Virus record (IMG/VR): IMGVR_UViG_3300017917_001798
Span: 1,134-65,133 of that record
Source of the DNA: a virus
Lineage: Duplodnaviria; Caudoviricetes
Length of the DNA: 64,000 bases
Direction: 5' to 3' (one strand)
Of the stretch, positions 62,259 through 64,000 are shown in pieces. How positions within the stretch are numbered: the stretch's first letter is position 1; the number at the start of each line of letters is the position of its first letter. The position numbers and the translations under genes were made by a program. A model generated the notes under the pieces. It was not told where the DNA came from, did no database searches, and saw nothing but the letters and a program-made list of their open reading frames with translations.

Positions 62259-62331
62259 GGTGCTCAAGCTAACTTGGTAGAAGCGGAAGACTGAAAATCT
62301 TCAGGACTCGGGTCGGAACCGAGGTGCACCA
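62259..62331 (+). tRNA. tRNA-Phe(GAA)
   Basis: Cloverleaf; anticodon arm GAAGA-CTGAAAA-TCTTC; atypical T loop GTCGGAA. Confidence 0.85.
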
Positions 62332-62332
62332 C

Positions 62333-62488
62333 ATGACAAAAAAACAAATAACCGATCAGATAAATGCTATTAGAAAAGTAGTAGCAGAGATTGGAAACGA
62401 TAAAAATAAAGCAAACCAATTCTTGTTAGATGCAGGAATTATAAAAAAGAAAAAATATGTACATACCAACAGATTTAGCAGTAATTGA
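62333..62488 (+). CDS. Small ORF within tRNA array (51 aa)
   Basis: MTKKQITDQINAIRKVV...FLLDAGII...*. Confidence 0.45.
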   Translation: MTKKQITDQINAIRKVVAEIGNDKNKANQFLLDAGIIKKKKYVHTNRFSSN

Positions 62489-62596
62489 TGTTTATTATAA
62501 AAAAGGTCATCCCTTTTTGAGATGTCTAAAATATAAACGTATTATGCGAAAACGAAAACAGAAGTAAACTTCCTCTTGAGTGAGAGGGAGTAATAA

Positions 62597-62670
62597 TCCC
62601 TTGTAGCTCAATTGGCTAGAGTAACCGGCTTTTACCCGGTGGGTTGTAGGTTCGAATCCTACCGGGGGAA
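62597..62670 (+). tRNA. tRNA-Lys(UUU)
   Basis: ACCGG-CTTTTAC-CCGGT; GTAGG-TTCGAAT-CCTAC. Confidence 0.95.
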
Positions 62671-62682
62671 CAAAAGTAAAAT

Positions 62683-62753
62683 ACAGGTGTGGTGAAACGG
62701 TATCATTCTGGTCTCCAAAACCATCGTTCGAGGTTCGAATCCTCGCATCTGTG
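62683..62753 (+). tRNA. tRNA-Trp(CCA)
   Basis: Loop CTCCAAA; CGAGG-TTCGAAT-CCTCG. Confidence 0.92.
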
Positions 62754-62767
62754 CAGAACGCTCTTAT

Positions 62768-62840
62768 AGTTCCTTAGCTCAGAGGCAGCAGCGCTTGGCT
62801 TACATCCAAGAGGACGAGATTTCAAAATTCTCAGGAACTA
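62768..62840 (+). tRNA. tRNA-Val(UAC)
   Basis: AGTTCCT/AGGAACT; CTTGG-CTTACAT-CCAAG. Confidence 0.88.
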
Positions 62841-62847
62841 CATATAT

Positions 62848-62919
62848 TGTCCTCTGGTGTAACGGTCAGCACAAGTGGTTTTGGTCCACTTAGTCGGGGT
62901 TCGAATCCCTGGAGGACAT
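62848..62919 (+). tRNA. tRNA-Gln(UUG)
   Basis: TGTCCTC/GAGGACA; AGTGG-TTTTGGT-CCACT. Confidence 0.95.
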
Positions 62920-62925
62920 CAATAA

Positions 62926-63011
62926 GGAAGGTTGGCAGAGTTGGTCGATTGCACTAGTCTTGAAAACTAGAAGCTGTAACAGGTTCATGAGTTCGAATCT
63001 CATACCTTCCT
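62926..63011 (+). tRNA. tRNA-Ser(UGA)
   Basis: CTAGT-CTTGAAA-ACTAG; long variable arm. Confidence 0.95.
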
Positions 63012-63017
63012 CAGTAT

Positions 63018-63089
63018 GGTGTTTGAAGCATTAAGGTGATGCACTGGTTTGTGAAGCCAGGGAAGACGGTTCGATACCGTCCTTATACC
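63018..63089 (+). tRNA. tRNA-His(GUG)
   Basis: CTGGT-TTGTGAA-GCCAG; G-1 and C73; U-U mismatches in acceptor stem. Confidence 0.85.
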
Positions 63090-63090
63090 C

Positions 63091-63198
63091 AAAAGATTTA
63101 TCTTAGGCGGTGAAACCGTGTGATGGTCGATGAATGAAAGTAATGCACTTATGACCGTGGCCCGTTAGGGGATAAAATATTCATCTGATAAATCTTTT
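63091..63198 (+). ncRNA. Unidentified structured RNA between tRNA-His and tRNA-Ser
   Basis: 12-bp closing stem AAAAGATTTATC/GATAAATCTTTT with internal hairpins and potential pseudoknot. Confidence 0.65.
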
Positions 63199-63203
63199 AA
63201 TTT

Positions 63204-63289
63204 GGAGAGTAAAACGATAAGGTTGTCGTCACCGCCTGCTAAGCGTGTGGTACCCTAAAAAGGTATTTGCTTCGATGCAATGCTCTCCG
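63204..63289 (+). tRNA. tRNA-Ser(GCU)
   Basis: GGAGAGT/GCTCTCC; loop CTGCTAA; long variable arm. Confidence 0.85.
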
Positions 63290-63291
63290 CA

Positions 63292-63347
63292 GACCCAGTA
63301 CGACGCACATCTTGGCCCGAGTGTGATGGAAAGCTGGTATCGGGCCC
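63292..63347 (+). ncRNA. Small GC-rich pseudoknot-capable element between tRNA-Ser and tRNA-Ile
   Basis: CCAGT/GCTGG, CGCAC/GTGTG, GGCCCGA/TCGGGCC pairings. Confidence 0.45.
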
Positions 63348-63350
63348 TAT

Positions 63351-63423
63351 GCTTATGTAACTCAATGGTGAGAGTACCGACCTGATACGTCGGAGGTTAC
63401 AAGTTCGAGTCTTGTCATAAGCA
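63351..63423 (+). tRNA. tRNA-Ile(GAU)
   Basis: CCGAC-CTGATAC-GTCGG; GCTTATG/CATAAGC. Confidence 0.95.
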
Positions 63424-63483
63424 CTTTTATGGTTTTTGATATCTTTATATATTTATAGACACAAAACAATAATAAAACATTCA

Positions 63484-63564
63484 ATGCAACTAACGTATAC
63501 ATACAATACCTTGATAAGCCTAAATTTAGGTGAGGGAAGAGATATGGATACCTCAGGAGCATAA
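63484..63564 (+). CDS. Putative attenuator leader peptide 2 (26 aa)
   Basis: MQLTYTYNTLISLNLGEGRDMDTSGA*, after ATATTTATAGAC; ends in TCAGGAGC complementary to terminator 5' arm. Confidence 0.7.
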   Translation: MQLTYTYNTLISLNLGEGRDMDTSGA

Positions 63565-63592
63565 TGAAAAATAAAATATTATTTTAAAATTT

Positions 63593-63628
63593 AAGCTCCT
63601 GAAATAAAAAATCAGGAGCTTTTGTTTT
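63593..63628 (+). terminator. Intrinsic terminator upstream of second tRNA group (attenuator 2)
   Basis: AAGCTCCTGA-AATAAAAAA-TCAGGAGCTT followed by TTGTTTT. Confidence 0.88.
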
Positions 63629-63668
63629 GGGCAAAATAAAATCGTACATTTAATGTATACGAGAATAA

Positions 63669-63740
63669 GGGTTGGTAGCTCAGAGGCAGAGCGGTTGTTT
63701 GTTAAACAACGGGTCAGGATTTCGAAATTCCTCCTTCCCT
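63669..63740 (+). tRNA. tRNA-Asn(GUU)
   Basis: GTTGT-TTGTTAA-ACAAC; U-U mismatches in acceptor stem. Confidence 0.87.
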
Positions 63741-63748
63741 CATAACAA

Positions 63749-63828
63749 GCCGACGTCGCATAGTGGCAATTGCTCGTGACTGTAAATCACGTCCTTCGGG
63801 TTCAGAGGTTCGAGTCCTCTCGGCGGCA
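63749..63828 (+). tRNA. tRNA-Tyr(GUA)
   Basis: CGTGA-CTGTAAA-TCACG; variable arm CCTTCGGG; AGAGG-TTCGAGT-CCTCT. Confidence 0.95.
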
Positions 63829-64000
63829 CAGAAAAAATAAGTTGATTGGGCAAAGTAAAAATTGTATCTTCAATTTATAAAAGAATAAAAAGATCTTTGA
63901 AATGGTTAATATGATGGGGAAGAAGTTTAATAAACTCGCTGTTTAAAATATTCTTCGGTAACGATAGTCAATCTAACAGTTACATCGGTAAAACATCTAA

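Noticed and set aside
63091-63198. Hammerhead ribozyme
   Set aside because: Lacks the CUGANGA core in the required order relative to GAAA

Overview
A 64-kb slice of a large, AT-rich, T4-like (contractile-tail) bacteriophage genome. Essentially all genes are on the + strand and use the standard genetic code. The host is most likely Bacteroidota: promoters follow TTG-N19/20-TAnnTT(T/C)A, starts are A-rich without Shine-Dalgarno, and there is a DUF4494 gene. Gene order: tail and baseplate module (sheath, tube, frameshifted tail chaperone, tape measure, baseplate, M23 hub); a small family-A polymerase; replication and recombination genes (SSB, RecA, 5'-3' exonuclease, DnaB, thioredoxin, class II RNR); a 7-deazaguanine cluster (queD, TGT/DpdA-like, queC, queE, folE); dCTP deaminase/dUTPase, PolB and sliding clamp; Hsp20, GroES, GroEL; clamp loader; a ~13-kb glycosylation cluster; ClpP; and 11 tRNA genes. 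The most striking signal is two unannotated leader-peptide/antiterminator/terminator modules placed in front of the tRNA arrays. Their leader codons match the downstream tRNAs and together partition all 20 amino acids, suggesting a translation-coupled attenuator that turns phage tRNAs on when translation stalls. Other findings: unrelated proteins sharing T4-like capsid-targeting N-termini, a GIY-YIG endonuclease next to a synonymously recoded queE start, gene cassettes bracketed by duplicated junctions, an inverted repeat bracketing hsp20, and two structured RNAs between tRNAs. All calls were made by eye from motifs; no database searches were run.
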